A stretch of DNA of 64,000 nucleotides from an uncultured delta proteobacterium. GTDB taxonomy: Bacteria > Desulfobacterota > Desulfarculia > JACQYL01 > CAWGVV01. The translations under genes and the position numbers were made by a program. Numbering within the stretch: the first letter of the stretch is position 1; each line of letters opens with the position of its first letter. Below are positions 1 through 10,910 of this stretch, piece by piece. Location of the stretch: positions 65,478 to 129,477 of the forward strand of contig CAWGFI010000006.1 of assembly GCA_963821845.1 (NCBI GenBank), given 5' to 3'. Under the pieces are notes generated by a model, which worked only from the letters and a program-made list of their open reading frames with translations, did not search any database and was not told the origin of the DNA.

Positions 1-340
1 ATCCAATCAAAACGATAATGGAAGAGGATACCGAAAAAGACGAGAAATTCCGCGTACCGGTCCAGGCTTGAATCCAGCAACGCCCCAAACGGCGTGCTCT
101 TGTTCTGAGCCCGCGCGGCCCAGCCGTCCAGGGTATCCATGAGGCCGGCGACCATGAGAAACAAGCCGCCCAGGAAAATCGCGCCCCCGCCATACGAAAT
201 CGCCGAAAACAGCGAACCGATCAGCCCGATGAACGTTATGGTGTTGGGAGACAGGCCCCGTTTGACCAGGGGCGTGACCAGCTTTTCGGCGAGTCGCTTC
301 CAACCCTTCGCAATCGCATTCCGTAATGTATCGATAAGCA
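1..340 (-). CDS. CDP-alcohol phosphatidyltransferase family protein, N-terminal part (gene runs off the window start)
   Basis: Own translation of the minus strand from the ATG at 340-338: MLIDTLRNAIAKGWKRLAEKLVTPLVKRGLSPNTITFIGL...MVAGLMDTLDGWAARAQNKSTPFGALLDSSLDRYAEF. This carries the D-x2-DG-x2-AR...G-x3-D-x3-D signature. It is not in the ORF track because it is open at the edge. Confidence 0.75.
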
Positions 341-1040
341 TTTTATGTATCAGCCGTTTTTACGCGTCCCGCAAGCTATATCGTTAAATTTCCTCGATAA
401 GAGTAGGCGTCTATCGGATTTGCTCCGAGATTAGCACAGGAGCTTTTCATATGCAATACGCGGAGGCGTACAGCCGCGGTAGCCTTGCCGGCGGCGGGCG
501 CATTTTCACAATTGGCTTGTTTTTTGCTCCTGAGAAGAGCGTTTTTCGGAGGTTATGGCTTCGGTGCCGAGGGATGGCGTCCGATTTCCCGCTGAAAGCG
601 CGCGGGGACACGGTTTACGGCTTGCGGGACAGGAAAAATAATTCGATTTATCACCCGGAGATGAGCAATAAACAGCGTAGAAGCCAGGTTTTAGTTAATA
701 ACGTGAATATCGGTGGCGCAACAAAGCCTCAGGTAGCGTAGGACCGGAATAAAGTTCTCTAGATCGCCTATCGTGGGTTTGTGCATGCCGAACCATATTT
801 GTTAGTCCTGCAATGCAAAAGATGGGAAGACGGGAGAAAAGACCGAGCGGAGGTTGTTTAGAGTTTATCCCGGGACGGAGGGGCCAAGGGGGGCGCCCAC
901 CGATGCCGGGAAAAGGTAACAGGTCGATAGCAGAGTAGAGGCTCTCGGCACAACCAACGTAGGGGTAAAAGTCGGGTTCTGGTGTCCGGATCAGGGGTGA
1001 ATCCCGGACATTGGGCTCGACGAGCAAGAAAGGGGTACGT

Positions 1041-2825
1041 ATGTGGTCATCGTCTGCCGTCTCTAAAAGAGACGGTCTCCAACTTCCTGTTTCAGGAAGA
1101 TTTATTATTACGGCATGTTTGGTATTGGTAACCATTCTACTCGGTTTCGGCGCGGCACAGGCCGCGAGTGTGACACTCGGTTGGAACACCGTGCAGTCTT
1201 CCAGTTGCCAGGGATATCGGGTCTATTATGGTACCAAGAGTGGAAACTATACCGCGAACGTTAACGCCGGAGGCTCTAGCAGCTATACGGTTTCGAATCT
1301 CCAGAGCGGAACCAAGTATTACGCGGCGGTAACCGCGTATTCATCCAGCGCGGAGAGCGGGTATTCCACCGAGGTTCAATTTACGACGCCCGCGGCGTCC
1401 CAGTCGACGAACGTGACGCCGGGCGTGGTCCAGCTGACCGCGCCGTCCGGGACCGTTTCGGAAAGCTCGCCTCAGTTTACCTGGAAATCCGCGAGCAATT
1501 GCGATTGGTACCTGCTGTGGATAAACAAGGGCGGCCAGTACTTCTTCAAGGATTGGTACCGGGCGTCCGACATCACTTCAGGATCGACCTGCACGGTCAA
1601 GCCGAGCGTGACGCTGGCGGCGGGAAGCTATTCATGGCTGGTAGAAGGATATCGCGAACCCAACTACGGTGACTGGAGCTCAACCATGTCCTTTACCGTG
1701 GCCGCGAGCAGTACCGGAACGCCCGACGCGGCTTCACTGATGAGTCCTTCGGGAACCATCTCGAATTTCAGTCCCACCTTCAAATGGCAACCGGTTTCCG
1801 GCGCCACCTGGTATCAACTCCAGATCAACGACTCTTCCGGAACCATGTACAAAGATTGGTATTCCGATGCGCAGGTGCGATCCGGATCGACGTGCAGCGC
1901 CAGTGTCGCCCTGACCAAGAGCGACAAATACCAATGGTGGATAAGAAGCTGGAACGGAACCAGCTATAGCGACTGGAGCGAGCCCATGTCATTCACGCTT
2001 ACCAACGGCGGCGGAAGTTCGTCGACGACCGATATCGCCATTAACGCCGGCGGCTCCAAATTCATCGATTCCGCGGGCGTCTCCTACCAGGCGGACGCTT
2101 ATTTCGCCGGCGGCGACACCGATTCAAGCTCCCGCGGCATCTATTACACCGATGACGACACGCTGTATCAGACTTTCCGGACCGGCGATTTCTCGTACGC
2201 CATCCCGGTTGAAAACGGCGTTTACCAGGTAACCCTGAAATTCGCGGAAGTTTCCGCCTGGGGTTATGGGAAAAGATTGTTCGATATCGATATCGAAGAC
2301 AAGACCGTGGCCTCCAGCTTCGACGTCTACGCGTTGGCGGGCGGTGCGAGAAGGGCCCTGGATAAATCCTTCCAGGCCACCGTCAATGACGGAATCCTGG
2401 ATATCGACTTCTACTCGGTCAAGGACGAAGCCATGGTAAGCGGTATCGTGGTTAAGAAAGTCGGCGGCGGAGGCGGCTCCGGTTCTAACATCGCTCTCCC
2501 CGCGACTGGCGAATACGGACAGTTCGAGGGAACGACGCTGACCACTTCGGAAGTATCGTTCCAGTTCGAAGGCCGCTTGGGTGATGTCACCATCGCCTAT
2601 CAGGCCTGGGACATTGACACGGGCGACGAAGTCCAGATCCTGGTCAACGGCTCGCTGGTGGACTATGTTCCCACCACGGTCGACAGTCAGTGGGGCGGAA
2701 TGTCTTACGTGACACTCCCCGGCAAGCTGGTGGAAAACAGCTCCGTCAATATTCTGACCTTTAAAAGAAGCAATGGCGTGAACCTGCTTCCCCTGTGGGG
2801 CGTCAGGAACGTGAGCATCCAGTAA
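1041..2825 (+). CDS. secreted multidomain protein: FN3-like module, two W/Y-rich ~90-aa repeats, malectin-like carbohydrate-binding module
   Basis: ORF track 1011..2825. ATG at 1041 follows AAAGGGG. Hydrophobic signal-like N-terminus (ITACLVLVTILLGFGAAQA). FN3-like GYRVYYGT...YYAAVTAY. Internal repeats SPQFTWKS..DWYLLWIN / SPTFKWQP..TWYQLQIN. Malectin-like IAINAGG..YQADAYFAGG..YQVTLKFAE. Confidence 0.8.
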   Translation: MWSSSAVSKRDGLQLPVSGRFIITACLVLVTILLGFGAAQAASVTLGWNTVQSSSCQGYRVYYGTKSGNYTANVNAGGSSSYTVSNLQSGTKYYAAVTAYSSSAESGYSTEVQFTTPAASQSTNVTPGVVQLTAPSGTVSESSPQFTWKSASNCDWYLLWINKGGQYFFKDWYRASDITSGSTCTVKPSVTLAAGSYSWLVEGYREPNYGDWSSTMSFTVAASSTGTPDAASLMSPSGTISNFSPTFKWQPVSGATWYQLQINDSSGTMYKDWYSDAQVRSGSTCSASVALTKSDKYQWWIRSWNGTSYSDWSEPMSFTLTNGGGSSSTTDIAINAGGSKFIDSAGVSYQADAYFAGGDTDSSSRGIYYTDDDTLYQTFRTGDFSYAIPVENGVYQVTLKFAEVSAWGYGKRLFDIDIEDKTVASSFDVYALAGGARRALDKSFQATVNDGILDIDFYSVKDEAMVSGIVVKKVGGGGGSGSNIALPATGEYGQFEGTTLTTSEVSFQFEGRLGDVTIAYQAWDIDTGDEVQILVNGSLVDYVPTTVDSQWGGMSYVTLPGKLVENSSVNILTFKRSNGVNLLPLWGVRNVSIQ

Positions 2826-2878
2826 ACAGACCGAGCGCGCCCGCGGGCGCGCTCGATTAGTGGAATATTGTGACCGAT

Positions 2879-2920
2879 GGGGGAAATCCTTGGGACAAAC
2901 CGGGGATTTCCCCCCTTTTT
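2879..2920 (+). terminator. intrinsic terminator downstream of the 604-aa secreted protein gene
   Basis: GGGGAAATCC (2879-2888) pairs with GGATTTCCCC (2904-2913), followed by CCTTTTT. A second GC palindrome CGAGCGCGCCCGCGGGCGCGCTCG lies at 2832-2855. Confidence 0.6.
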
Positions 2921-2976
2921 GTATTTCACGGCGGGCTTTGGATCGCGCCTCCGAATTCCCGGGCTGATCCTGTTTT

Positions 2977-3846
2977 TCAGGAGGGTATGGAAGTCCGTCG
3001 CAGGTAACCTCTTTCTATGGCGGCGTAATCCAGGCGCATGGTGGCCAGATCGTCCAGGCATCCGTTTTGACGCAGCGCCGAGGAACGGGAAGCGGTCACC
3101 TTCAGATAAAAATCGCACGCGTCGCACGCTTCCGCCCACGCGTTTTCCAGCGGGTCGGCGACGATCCGTTCCATGGTGGTTTCCGTTTTCCCGCACCAGG
3201 GGCAGTATGTAGCCTCGACCGTCCATTGCTGATCGCAGAGCGAGCAACAGAGCGTTTTTTCGCCGGTCGTCCCTTCGCTGTAGGCCAGGTGAGGCCGCGA
3301 CCCGCACACCGGGCACAGCCCCTGTCGCCATGAACTGAAATTCCGTCCGTCCGCCTCCCTGCGCAGCAAGGGCTGGAGATGGGTTTTGAGAGCGGAATGC
3401 GTCAGGAATATGGGCAGACCCACGTCGATGTTCAGATCGGACGAAAGACGTTCGATCCTTTCAAAATCTCCACGCGCCACCCGTGTCCAAACATCGGCGT
3501 CCCGGAAGTAGCCTTCCCGGAAAAGTTTTTCGATCGCGCCAAGGCCGTCCCGGAGCAGCGGGCGTTTCCCGGGTTTTAAATCCAGAAACGTTTCCAGGGT
3601 AGCCGCGACGGCTTGCATATCGAGCGCTATTTCCGCCGCCTCGCGCAAGGGGAGGGATTCCGGCTCCCCGGCGGCGCTCGGTTCATGAGTGCGCGAAGCC
3701 GCATCATCGCTCGCGGACATAAGCTCGTCGCGTTTCCGCAGGACGAGGACATAATATTCCATAATGGGGCGCGGAATTTTCGTCTGGTCGACGATTTTCG
3801 CCACGAGCGCCCCCCAATTGACGGGTTCACCGGCGGTTATTTCCAT
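2977..3846 (-). CDS. fdhE: FdhE-like protein (formate dehydrogenase accessory protein family, four CxxC pairs)
   Basis: ORF track 2977..3948. C-terminal CPVCGSRP...CCSLCDQQW...CPWCGK...CDACDFYLK resembles the FdhE cysteine pattern. Start is probably the ATG at 3846 (MEITAGE). Confidence 0.6.
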   Translation of the reverse strand: MEITAGEPVNWGALVAKIVDQTKIPRPIMEYYVLVLRKRDELMSASDDAASRTHEPSAAGEPESLPLREAAEIALDMQAVAATLETFLDLKPGKRPLLRDGLGAIEKLFREGYFRDADVWTRVARGDFERIERLSSDLNIDVGLPIFLTHSALKTHLQPLLRREADGRNFSSWRQGLCPVCGSRPHLAYSEGTTGEKTLCCSLCDQQWTVEATYCPWCGKTETTMERIVADPLENAWAEACDACDFYLKVTASRSSALRQNGCLDDLATMRLDYAAIERGYLRRTSIPS

Positions 3847-3960
3847 ATCACTCTCATAGGCGCGTCCATGCGCGCGGTTCGAAATTAGGATCAAAGCATA
3901 AAAAACCCCTCCGCCGTTATAGAGAATCGGAGGGGTCGGGAAAAACAAATTATTCCTCTA

Positions 3961-4434
3961 TCAACGCACGAACAAGACGCGGCGCGTGGCGCGGCGGAAC
4001 ACCTTCTCCGCGGTGTGACCGAACCGGAGCTGGTCGGCGAGCCGGCTGCGCCCCTTGGCGCCCATGATCAGGAGGTCTATGTCCTCCTTTTTCGCCACCT
4101 CCAGAATCTTCTCCCAGGGAACGCCTACAGTTACGAGCGAGGAATGAACCACGTTTCCCGTATCGACAGCGGCCAAAACGCCCTTCAGCTCCTCGGCGTA
4201 TTCATTCTCCATGCCGTTGATGGCGCTTTCCACGACCTTTTCGACCTCGGGTTGCGCCAATCGGCCGACCAGCCGTTCCAGACCTTCGTAGCGGTGTTCG
4301 TCGACCACATTGACGATCAGGAGCGTGGCGTTCAGTTTTTCGGCTACGAAGAAGGCTTCCCTGAGCGCCTTTTGCGACGCTTCGGAGAAGTCCACGGCGC
4401 AGAGTATCTTGCGAATGGAAGGATCGAAGATCAT
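3961..4434 (-). CDS. universal stress protein (UspA family)
   Basis: ORF track 3961..4644. USP-like sequence begins at [20 protein letters not shown]...[13 protein letters not shown]...GHTAEKV. The ATG at 4434 overlaps the upstream permease stop (ATGA). Confidence 0.8.
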   Translation of the reverse strand: MIFDPSIRKILCAVDFSEASQKALREAFFVAEKLNATLLIVNVVDEHRYEGLERLVGRLAQPEVEKVVESAINGMENEYAEELKGVLAAVDTGNVVHSSLVTVGVPWEKILEVAKKEDIDLLIMGAKGRSRLADQLRFGHTAEKVFRRATRRVLFVR

Positions 4435-6533
4435 GCGGTCGCCCTCCGCAGTCTCCGACGCTCCTCGATGGGCAAGGTAAGCGTCGGATCGCGCTTTATT
4501 CGCGCTTTTTGCATGAGGTAGACGACCCCCCACAGCGCCATTCCCAAGAAGTCCGCCATATACTTGGTTTCCGGTATTCCGGTGACGGATACCAGGATCG
4601 CGGGGAAGAACAGCAGCGTGGTGGCGATGGCGAAGATGAACCATTCCAGCAGCGTGGTGGCGCAGAGCATGTATCCCATGGTCAGACTGCCGAAGGCGAT
4701 GGTTCCCAGCGTAATCGTCACATACGCCAGTATGATGTTATGCCAGTCTCCCGAAAGGAGAAAGCCGGGCGAATAGGCGAACAGGAACGGCCCGATATAG
4801 AGCATCTTGGCGAATTTGAACGAGGTCCAGCCGGTTTTCCAGGGGTCCGATCCCGCGATGGCGGCGCCCGCGTACGCCGCCACACAGACCGGTGGCGTGA
4901 TATTGGAATCCTGACTGAACCAATAGACAATCATATGCGAAGCGATGAGAACCCAGGGAACGAAGAGAATCAGATCCTGATTGATCTCCATTTGCGCGAA
5001 AGAGGCCATCCCGAACATGGTGACGGCGATCATGTCCCGCAGGGCCTGACCGGCGAGCACCACGGTGATCAAATAGGCGGCGGTGACCGGAACGCCCATG
5101 CCCAGGACCAACGAAGCCAGACCGATAAGGAAAATAGCCAACGGCAGTATTCCCACCGACAGGCTGATGATGATGTCGGAAAATTTCAGGCCGATGCCGG
5201 TCAGCGCGATCGTTCCCACGATAATACCGATAACGCCCACCGTGGCGCCGATGATCAGCGTATTGCGCGCCCCCTCTATCATGGCGTCCATAATCCGACG
5301 CGGCCCCATGCGGTAATCCTTGGTAGTCCAACTGATGGCCACGCAGGAGAGGGTAGCCCAGAAAGCCGAATAGCCGGGAGAATAGCCGATGAGCATCAGA
5401 ACCACGATGATCACCAGCGGGATGGACATCAACCATTGGGTTTTGAGTATCTTCCAGGCCGAGGGCGCGTTGGGGTCGCGAATGCCGACCAGCCCGTAAC
5501 GTTTGGCCTCGAAATGCACCATGACGAAAACCGAAAGGAAATAGATCAGCGCGGGGAACACGGCCATCTTCATGATCTGGACATAGGGAATTTCGGTCAG
5601 TTCCGCCATCAGAAAGCCGCCGGCGCCCATGATCGGGGGCATGAACATACCGCCAATGGAAGCGGCTGGTTCGATGGCGCCCGCCACATGAGGCTTGAAG
5701 CCCGCTTTCTTCATCAGGGGAATAGTAAACGCGCCGGTGGAAACCGTATTGGCGATGGCCGATCCGGAAACCGAACCGAAGAAACCGGAAGCGATGACCG
5801 CCACCTTGGCCGGTCCGCCGACCGTGCGGCCGGCGAGAGCCATGGGGAGATCCAGAAAGAAGCGCGAACACCCCGACGCCTTGAGAAACGAACCGAAAAA
5901 GATGAAGAGAATCACATAGGTTACCAGGACGTCGGCCATGATGCCGAACACGCCTTCCTGTTTCAGGTACACGTGGTTCAGGGCGCGTTTCATGGTAAAG
6001 CCGTCATGAGCGAACAGCTTTAGGATCGGAATATATTCAAGGAGATTGCCCCAGAAGGCGTACGCGAGGAAGAGGAGGCCCACAATGGTCATCGACCATC
6101 CCAGAACCCGCCGGGCCACCTCCAGGGACAGTAGGATACCGACGACGCTGGCCAGGGTGTCCCAGTTGTTTTCCGACCCCATGCGGTAGTTGAGGTTTTC
6201 AAACTCCACCATCCAGTAGCCGATCGCGGCGATGGCGAGCAGCGCCAATATGATATCGAAAACCGATGGTCGGGTCTGCGGAGATTTCCGCCATAACGGA
6301 TAGCAGAGAAAAATCATGACGTAGGTTATGAGCACGTAAATGCCGCGATGATACTGCGCGGACACCGGCACGAAACCCGCGTTGTAGAGGTAAAAAAGCA
6401 CCAGGAAGGCGCCCATGGCGGAGGTCAGGTATTGCCAGAATCCGGTCATGGGGCGACCCGTCTTAGCGTCTTTGCGAACTATTTCGTCAAGCTTCCCCTT
6501 ATCGGCGCCTTCAATGTGCCGCTCCTCCTCCAT
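4431..6533 (-). CDS. TRAP transporter fused permease (TAXI-associated type)
   Basis: 700-aa polytopic membrane ORF immediately downstream of a TAXI-family receptor gene. Size and hydrophobic pattern fit fused small/large TRAP permeases. Confidence 0.8.
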   Translation of the reverse strand: MEEERHIEGADKGKLDEIVRKDAKTGRPMTGFWQYLTSAMGAFLVLFYLYNAGFVPVSAQYHRGIYVLITYVMIFLCYPLWRKSPQTRPSVFDIILALLAIAAIGYWMVEFENLNYRMGSENNWDTLASVVGILLSLEVARRVLGWSMTIVGLLFLAYAFWGNLLEYIPILKLFAHDGFTMKRALNHVYLKQEGVFGIMADVLVTYVILFIFFGSFLKASGCSRFFLDLPMALAGRTVGGPAKVAVIASGFFGSVSGSAIANTVSTGAFTIPLMKKAGFKPHVAGAIEPAASIGGMFMPPIMGAGGFLMAELTEIPYVQIMKMAVFPALIYFLSVFVMVHFEAKRYGLVGIRDPNAPSAWKILKTQWLMSIPLVIIVVLMLIGYSPGYSAFWATLSCVAISWTTKDYRMGPRRIMDAMIEGARNTLIIGATVGVIGIIVGTIALTGIGLKFSDIIISLSVGILPLAIFLIGLASLVLGMGVPVTAAYLITVVLAGQALRDMIAVTMFGMASFAQMEINQDLILFVPWVLIASHMIVYWFSQDSNITPPVCVAAYAGAAIAGSDPWKTGWTSFKFAKMLYIGPFLFAYSPGFLLSGDWHNIILAYVTITLGTIAFGSLTMGYMLCATTLLEWFIFAIATTLLFFPAILVSVTGIPETKYMADFLGMALWGVVYLMQKARIKRDPTLTLPIEERRRLRRATA

Positions 6534-6614
6534 ACAACGCTCCTTTACACTGATCGAGAAGTGAGGAGGGGAGGGTGAAAGCCCTCCCCTCGGGATGTCA
6601 TTTCGGAATGATTA

Positions 6615-7604
6615 TCAATCCACGGGCTTGAGATTGTCGGGGATTTCGATGTTGTTTTCTTTCCAGAACTTGTACGCGCCCTTGTGGAGCGGCACCGAAG
6701 CCCCGGAGAAATTATTTTGCAAGTTCATTGCCTTGAAGGTTTTCTTGGCCGCGGTCATGGCGGTCATCCCGGCTTCCGACCACAGCGTCTTCATGACTTC
6801 GTACACCAGTTCTTCCGGCGCATCCTTGCTCGTGGTCAATATGGTGGAGTCCTGGAAGGTTTCGCAGGCGGGCATGTCCTTGCCGTAGGTGCCCGCGGGA
6901 ATCGTGGTGGGAGAATAAGCGTATTCCTTGTAGAATCCGCTGGCCTCCGCGTCCTTATGCACGTCGATGAGCCGAATCTTTACCTGCACGGCCGCTTCGA
7001 TGATGGAACGGTTGGGATACCCTACCAATACCCAGAAGGCGTCTATTTTGCCGTCCTGGAAAGCGCTGGCGGCCGCCGAATAGCCCAGGAATTGGGGGCT
7101 GAACTTGTCCCATACGCCCAAGTGACGGAAAAAGCGTTCGGCCGAAGCGGCGGCGCCAGAGCCGGCGTTACCCACGGCGACTCGCTTACCTTCCAGATCC
7201 TTGGCGCTCTTAAAGGGGCTGTCCTCGCGCACGACCAACTGAGCGGGCGCCCCATAGAGATAGCCCATGGACCGTATCTTATCGTATTTGTTGGTATCCT
7301 TGGGTAACTGTCCCCTGAATCCCAATGCCGAGTCAACGGCGTAGCACATACCAAAGGTGGATTCCCCGGAGTTGACCCGTTTCACGTTTTCGACCGATCC
7401 CCCGGACCCGACCGCGCTTGCCTTGATGTTGGGATTTTGTTTGGGAACAAAAATAGCCATGGCGTTCGCGAACGTGTTGAATGTTCCGCCGGTGGGGCCG
7501 CCGCCGATTTTGGCCTTGTACTCCTCGGCCGTCGCCGGAGCGGAGGTTAATCCTAAACACACAACCAGGGCAGCCAAAAGAATCGCACAGATAGCCTTCT
7601 TCAT
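6615..7604 (-). CDS. TRAP transporter solute receptor, TAXI family
   Basis: ORF track 6615..7754. Likely start is MKKAICAILLAALVVCLGLTSAPATA (signal peptide) at 7604. TAXI-like GGGPTGGTFNTFANAMA...VGSGGSVENV. Confidence 0.8.
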   Translation of the reverse strand: MKKAICAILLAALVVCLGLTSAPATAEEYKAKIGGGPTGGTFNTFANAMAIFVPKQNPNIKASAVGSGGSVENVKRVNSGESTFGMCYAVDSALGFRGQLPKDTNKYDKIRSMGYLYGAPAQLVVREDSPFKSAKDLEGKRVAVGNAGSGAAASAERFFRHLGVWDKFSPQFLGYSAAASAFQDGKIDAFWVLVGYPNRSIIEAAVQVKIRLIDVHKDAEASGFYKEYAYSPTTIPAGTYGKDMPACETFQDSTILTTSKDAPEELVYEVMKTLWSEAGMTAMTAAKKTFKAMNLQNNFSGASVPLHKGAYKFWKENNIEIPDNLKPVD

Positions 7605-8278
7605 AAAGTCCTCCTTTGCCGTTGACCTAGGGGGTTGGAAACCTACCGATCTTCGACCCTGCTTGGAAGACGCGTCTCGATTGAAAGAGCGTTTCCTGGC
7701 CCACTCAAAAGGGCTATGAGGCCGCTGCCACGTCAAAGATCGGAAATACCGCAATAATTGAAAATATTTCTTTGAATCGACTCGGAAAGTGAAAAAGCGA
7801 CAAAACCAGCGTAATCCGGAAGAAGTAAAAAGAAGATTGCGCTTTCTTTTGCATACTGTGCACTATGCCCAAATTGTATACAAGAGTCAAGTTTTCATAT
7901 GGTGAAAATGTAACGATTTGTCGCAATCTTCTGCATCGCGGGCTCGGCGGCGTTTCAGTCCGGATTTTGAAGTATCGATACACCGACGGTCGACCCGTTT
8001 GAAGACGGTTTGTTCGGGAAAGTTGGTAAACATTATTGTTTCTACCTCTCCATGATATCATAGCCCGAGGCAAACCGATCTGCTAAAATTGCTGTTTTTC
8101 GAAAGTTTTATTCGTCGGCTTCGCCGTCAGCGAGGATGTCGGTTTTGGAAAGATTTGACTTTTTCTCCCCGCAGTCCAAGTGACAGAGCTAAGACTGGAG
8201 GGATTTCAAAGACTTGTATTTCGAGCGCGGCGAGAAATCTCACGCGAGGAAGAGATTCCCCAGAGTAGTTTTTCCTCG

Positions 8279-9793
8279 TTACTGCCCGGCCCGCAGCAGG
8301 TGATAGCCGAACGGCGGCAGCTTGATGTACAGCCCTTCTTTTTCCAGGGCTTCGCGAGCGCGGGGATAGACGTCCTCTTGTTCGCTCATGACGTCCTGAA
8401 AAACCACTTCCTCCCATCCGGCCCAGAAGTCCGGAGGAAACCAAGCGTAGCCCGAAGAGGGCAGTTCGGAATGGTTGACCGCGACCACCGAGGCTTCCCG
8501 GCCGTTCCGGTAAGCGATGACCACCAGCCTCCGGTTCCCCTCGTCGCCTTCGAACGCCGGGGTGACGGGCAGAACCTGTCCGTCTCCCCGCTTGAAGAGC
8601 GGATCGCGGGTTTCGCGTAACAGGCGGTCGTAAAAGGAACGGATCTCTTCATCGAGCGGTTCCTCGGGTTCCCGGCCCAACTGAACCGGCAGCTTGATGA
8701 GCTTGCCTTCGAGCTGGCCATGATGGAACAGCCTCATGCCGGGCAGGGCGGCGTGCATGACTGCGGCGCTGTAAAACGATTTTCCCTGGAAAGCCGAAGC
8801 CATGCGGTCTTCGTCGTGGTTCTCGACAAAACGGACCATATGCGTTTGCAGGTCGCCTTCCGCGCGCAAACCCCGCTCCAGCGCCGGAGTGTCCAGGGCT
8901 CGGAGCCGGTCATAGCCTTCCTTGTCATAGATGTAATCGAACCCCAGGTTCAGCAGCTCGCGTTCCGTGCCCCAGTAAGCTTCGGCCATGAAAACAAATT
9001 CCGGGTTGCGGGATTTCACTCCGGCCATGGCTTCGGTCCAGTATTCGGTGGTCGGGATGGCGAGGCCCCGGCGTTCCATCCAGTTCTTCCAGGTCTCCGA
9101 GAAAATCCCGTTCAGCTCCAGCATGGCCATGTCGCAGCGCAACCCGTCGCACCATTCGGCCATGAGTAGGAGTTCGTCGGCGACGGCCCTCCTGGTTTCC
9201 GGGCAGATGGCGCACATCTGAGCCGTGTCGGTCCAGGGCGCAAAATAGGGATCGCGGCCAAAAGCGATACGGCCGCGCTTTCCCGTCGTGTCCTCGACTT
9301 CAAAAGACTCTTCAAGGCCGAAACCGGGCGTCGAATCGTCCCATGCGTAATAGCGCGAACGTTTCCGCACCCAGGGGTGGTCACGAGCGGTATGGTTGGG
9401 CACAAAATCGAGTATCAGCCCGAGCCCGGCGCGATGGAGGTTTTCACGGACCTTCGCCAAGTCGCCTTCGTTACCCAGCGCCGGGTTGAGCGTATAGCCC
9501 GCCACGGAATAGGGGGATCCGATCACATCGTCGGGAGTGAAATCGGGAAGGGCCTGTCGATAGGCGGTGATGAGATCGGGATGGTCCCGCGCAATCCGGA
9601 GGCTGGTGGGGCTGGGACGCCATACCCCCATGAGCCAGACCATGTCCATGCCCAATTCCTTAAGATCCTCCCAAACGGCTTGCGGAATCGTGGACAGGGT
9701 GAATGCGCGCCGTAACGCCGCAGACAACGTTTTGAGCCAGACTCTGGTGTTTATTTCATACACTTGGGGATTCTGGGGCCGCGCCTGTTCCAT
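8279..9793 (-). CDS. alpha-amylase family (GH13) glycoside hydrolase
   Basis: 504-aa ORF with the GH13 conserved regions: LILDFVPNHTARDHPW, GLRCDMAM, FMAEAYW, FVENHDEDR. Confidence 0.85.
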   Translation of the reverse strand: MEQARPQNPQVYEINTRVWLKTLSAALRRAFTLSTIPQAVWEDLKELGMDMVWLMGVWRPSPTSLRIARDHPDLITAYRQALPDFTPDDVIGSPYSVAGYTLNPALGNEGDLAKVRENLHRAGLGLILDFVPNHTARDHPWVRKRSRYYAWDDSTPGFGLEESFEVEDTTGKRGRIAFGRDPYFAPWTDTAQMCAICPETRRAVADELLLMAEWCDGLRCDMAMLELNGIFSETWKNWMERRGLAIPTTEYWTEAMAGVKSRNPEFVFMAEAYWGTERELLNLGFDYIYDKEGYDRLRALDTPALERGLRAEGDLQTHMVRFVENHDEDRMASAFQGKSFYSAAVMHAALPGMRLFHHGQLEGKLIKLPVQLGREPEEPLDEEIRSFYDRLLRETRDPLFKRGDGQVLPVTPAFEGDEGNRRLVVIAYRNGREASVVAVNHSELPSSGYAWFPPDFWAGWEEVVFQDVMSEQEDVYPRAREALEKEGLYIKLPPFGYHLLRAGQ

Positions 9794-9944
9794 TGCATCC
9801 TCCGGGATAGGGTCGTCTCGGGACGGTAATTATAACCGCAAAGATCGTGTAAGGCGATCAGTATCTCGAGAATTTTCAGGATGAGGATTTTGCAAGACCG
9901 TCGAGCTTTTAAAGGGCGTTAACGTGGGATGAATTACTTGTGTT

Positions 9945-9987
9945 TCCAAAACAAGTTACCAGGAGCGGAGCATTTCCCCGCTCCTGG
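9945..9987 (-). terminator. hairpin terminator downstream of the frameshifted secreted-protein paralog
   Basis: CCAGGAGCGG (9959-9968) pairs with CCGCTCCTGG (9978-9987). On the minus strand it is followed by TAACTTGTTTT. Confidence 0.5.
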
Positions 9988-9999
9988 TGGGTTTATAGG

Positions 10000-10910
10000 T
10001 TAGAAAATCTGTTCCGGCTCGGAAATTCCCAGAATCGTTTGCTGCGCGCCCACGAACGACGATTGCGATATCCCAAAGACGGCGCCGAGCCAGGTCGCAG
10101 CATATCCCGTGCTCCCGGGAGTCAAACTTATGGGCGCATGCACGATGATCGTTCCGGTATCGGAAGTGATCGCGCTCAACGATCCCACGTCGATGATGTT
10201 CAATTTTGTAGCTGAACTGCGCGCTTCTATATTCTGAATAAGAGCGCCCGAAGGCGTGGTCGCATCACATAAAAAGTTCGTCGGAGCGTCCCCCGGTGTA
10301 AAGATAATCAGACTGGTGGCTGGATCGGCTCCGCCACTCGGATCCACGAGAAATCTGACCCAACCGTGGTATCCCCTTAATTTCCATAGGAGACGTTTGC
10401 AATGAAATTCGATGGCGGGCACAGCAGGTCGATATCCGTATTGACGTAGCTGCCGCGATCCAGGGGTAATACCGGTATAAACGCCGCGTCCGAAGCGCTC
10501 AGATCGAGCTGAAACGCCGCTCCGTATATACCATGGGTCGTTTCCCCAGTCGCCAGTGTGCCATTGTTATCCCAGGTGAACACCAGGTATCCCGGAACCC
10601 CCTCCCCGATTCCCATCGGTCCGAGTTCGCCGGCCATGGTGAAGGCGTAATCATATACGTTGGATTGCATGTTTATTACGTCCGAGGCAAGTAACACGCC
10701 GTTTTGGCTGAAAAAAGCCCAATATATGTCATAACCGGTTTTAGGAGCCGCGAACATACCCACGACAGTGTCAACTCCCGTGTTGGTATACAAAGCGTAG
10801 GGCACAAGAATCCCCTGTCCGACGAATCCCAGATAATAAGCCGAAGCGGGGAGAGCCAGCGCCGCAACAAGGGAGAATGTAATCAGAGCGAGCATTAATT
10901 TTCTTTTCAT
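10000..10910 (-). pseudogene. paralog of the 303-aa secreted protein, split by one frameshift near 10375-10385
   Basis: ORFs 10377..10910 and 10000..10422 align collinearly to the N- and C-terminal halves of ORF 11172..12083 (NVSYGN* versus NVSFGNSEDKNVGVRFLVDP; then GWVRFLVDPSGG...). A single-base frame change lies around GGAAATTAAGGGG. Confidence 0.75.

Noticed and set aside
341-1010. 670-nt non-coding stretch upstream of the secreted malectin protein (including ORF 451..741) as a riboswitch or small gene
   Set aside because: I could not match any riboswitch consensus that I know from memory. ORF 451..741 has no RBS or domain and has an odd composition. It remains unannotated rather than called.
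4509-6023. Long antisense ORFs: 4509..6023 (+), 17255..18784 (+), 34858..35970 (-), 37356..38537 (-), 50694..51968 (+), 57898..59148 (+), 62274..63266 (-), and many shorter ones
   Set aside because: Each lies opposite a well-supported conserved gene. Their compositions are Arg/Gly/Pro/His-rich and low-complexity, typical of shadow ORFs in GC-rich DNA. None has a recognisable domain.
7605-8278. sigma54 or other defined promoter upstream of the TAXI-TRAP operon, and ORF 7714..8073 (-)
   Set aside because: No TGGCAC-N5-TTGC match with correct spacing was found (TGGCAGCGGCCTCAT fails at -12). The ORF is A/T-rich, lacks an RBS and has no homology. The region is left as unresolved intergenic.
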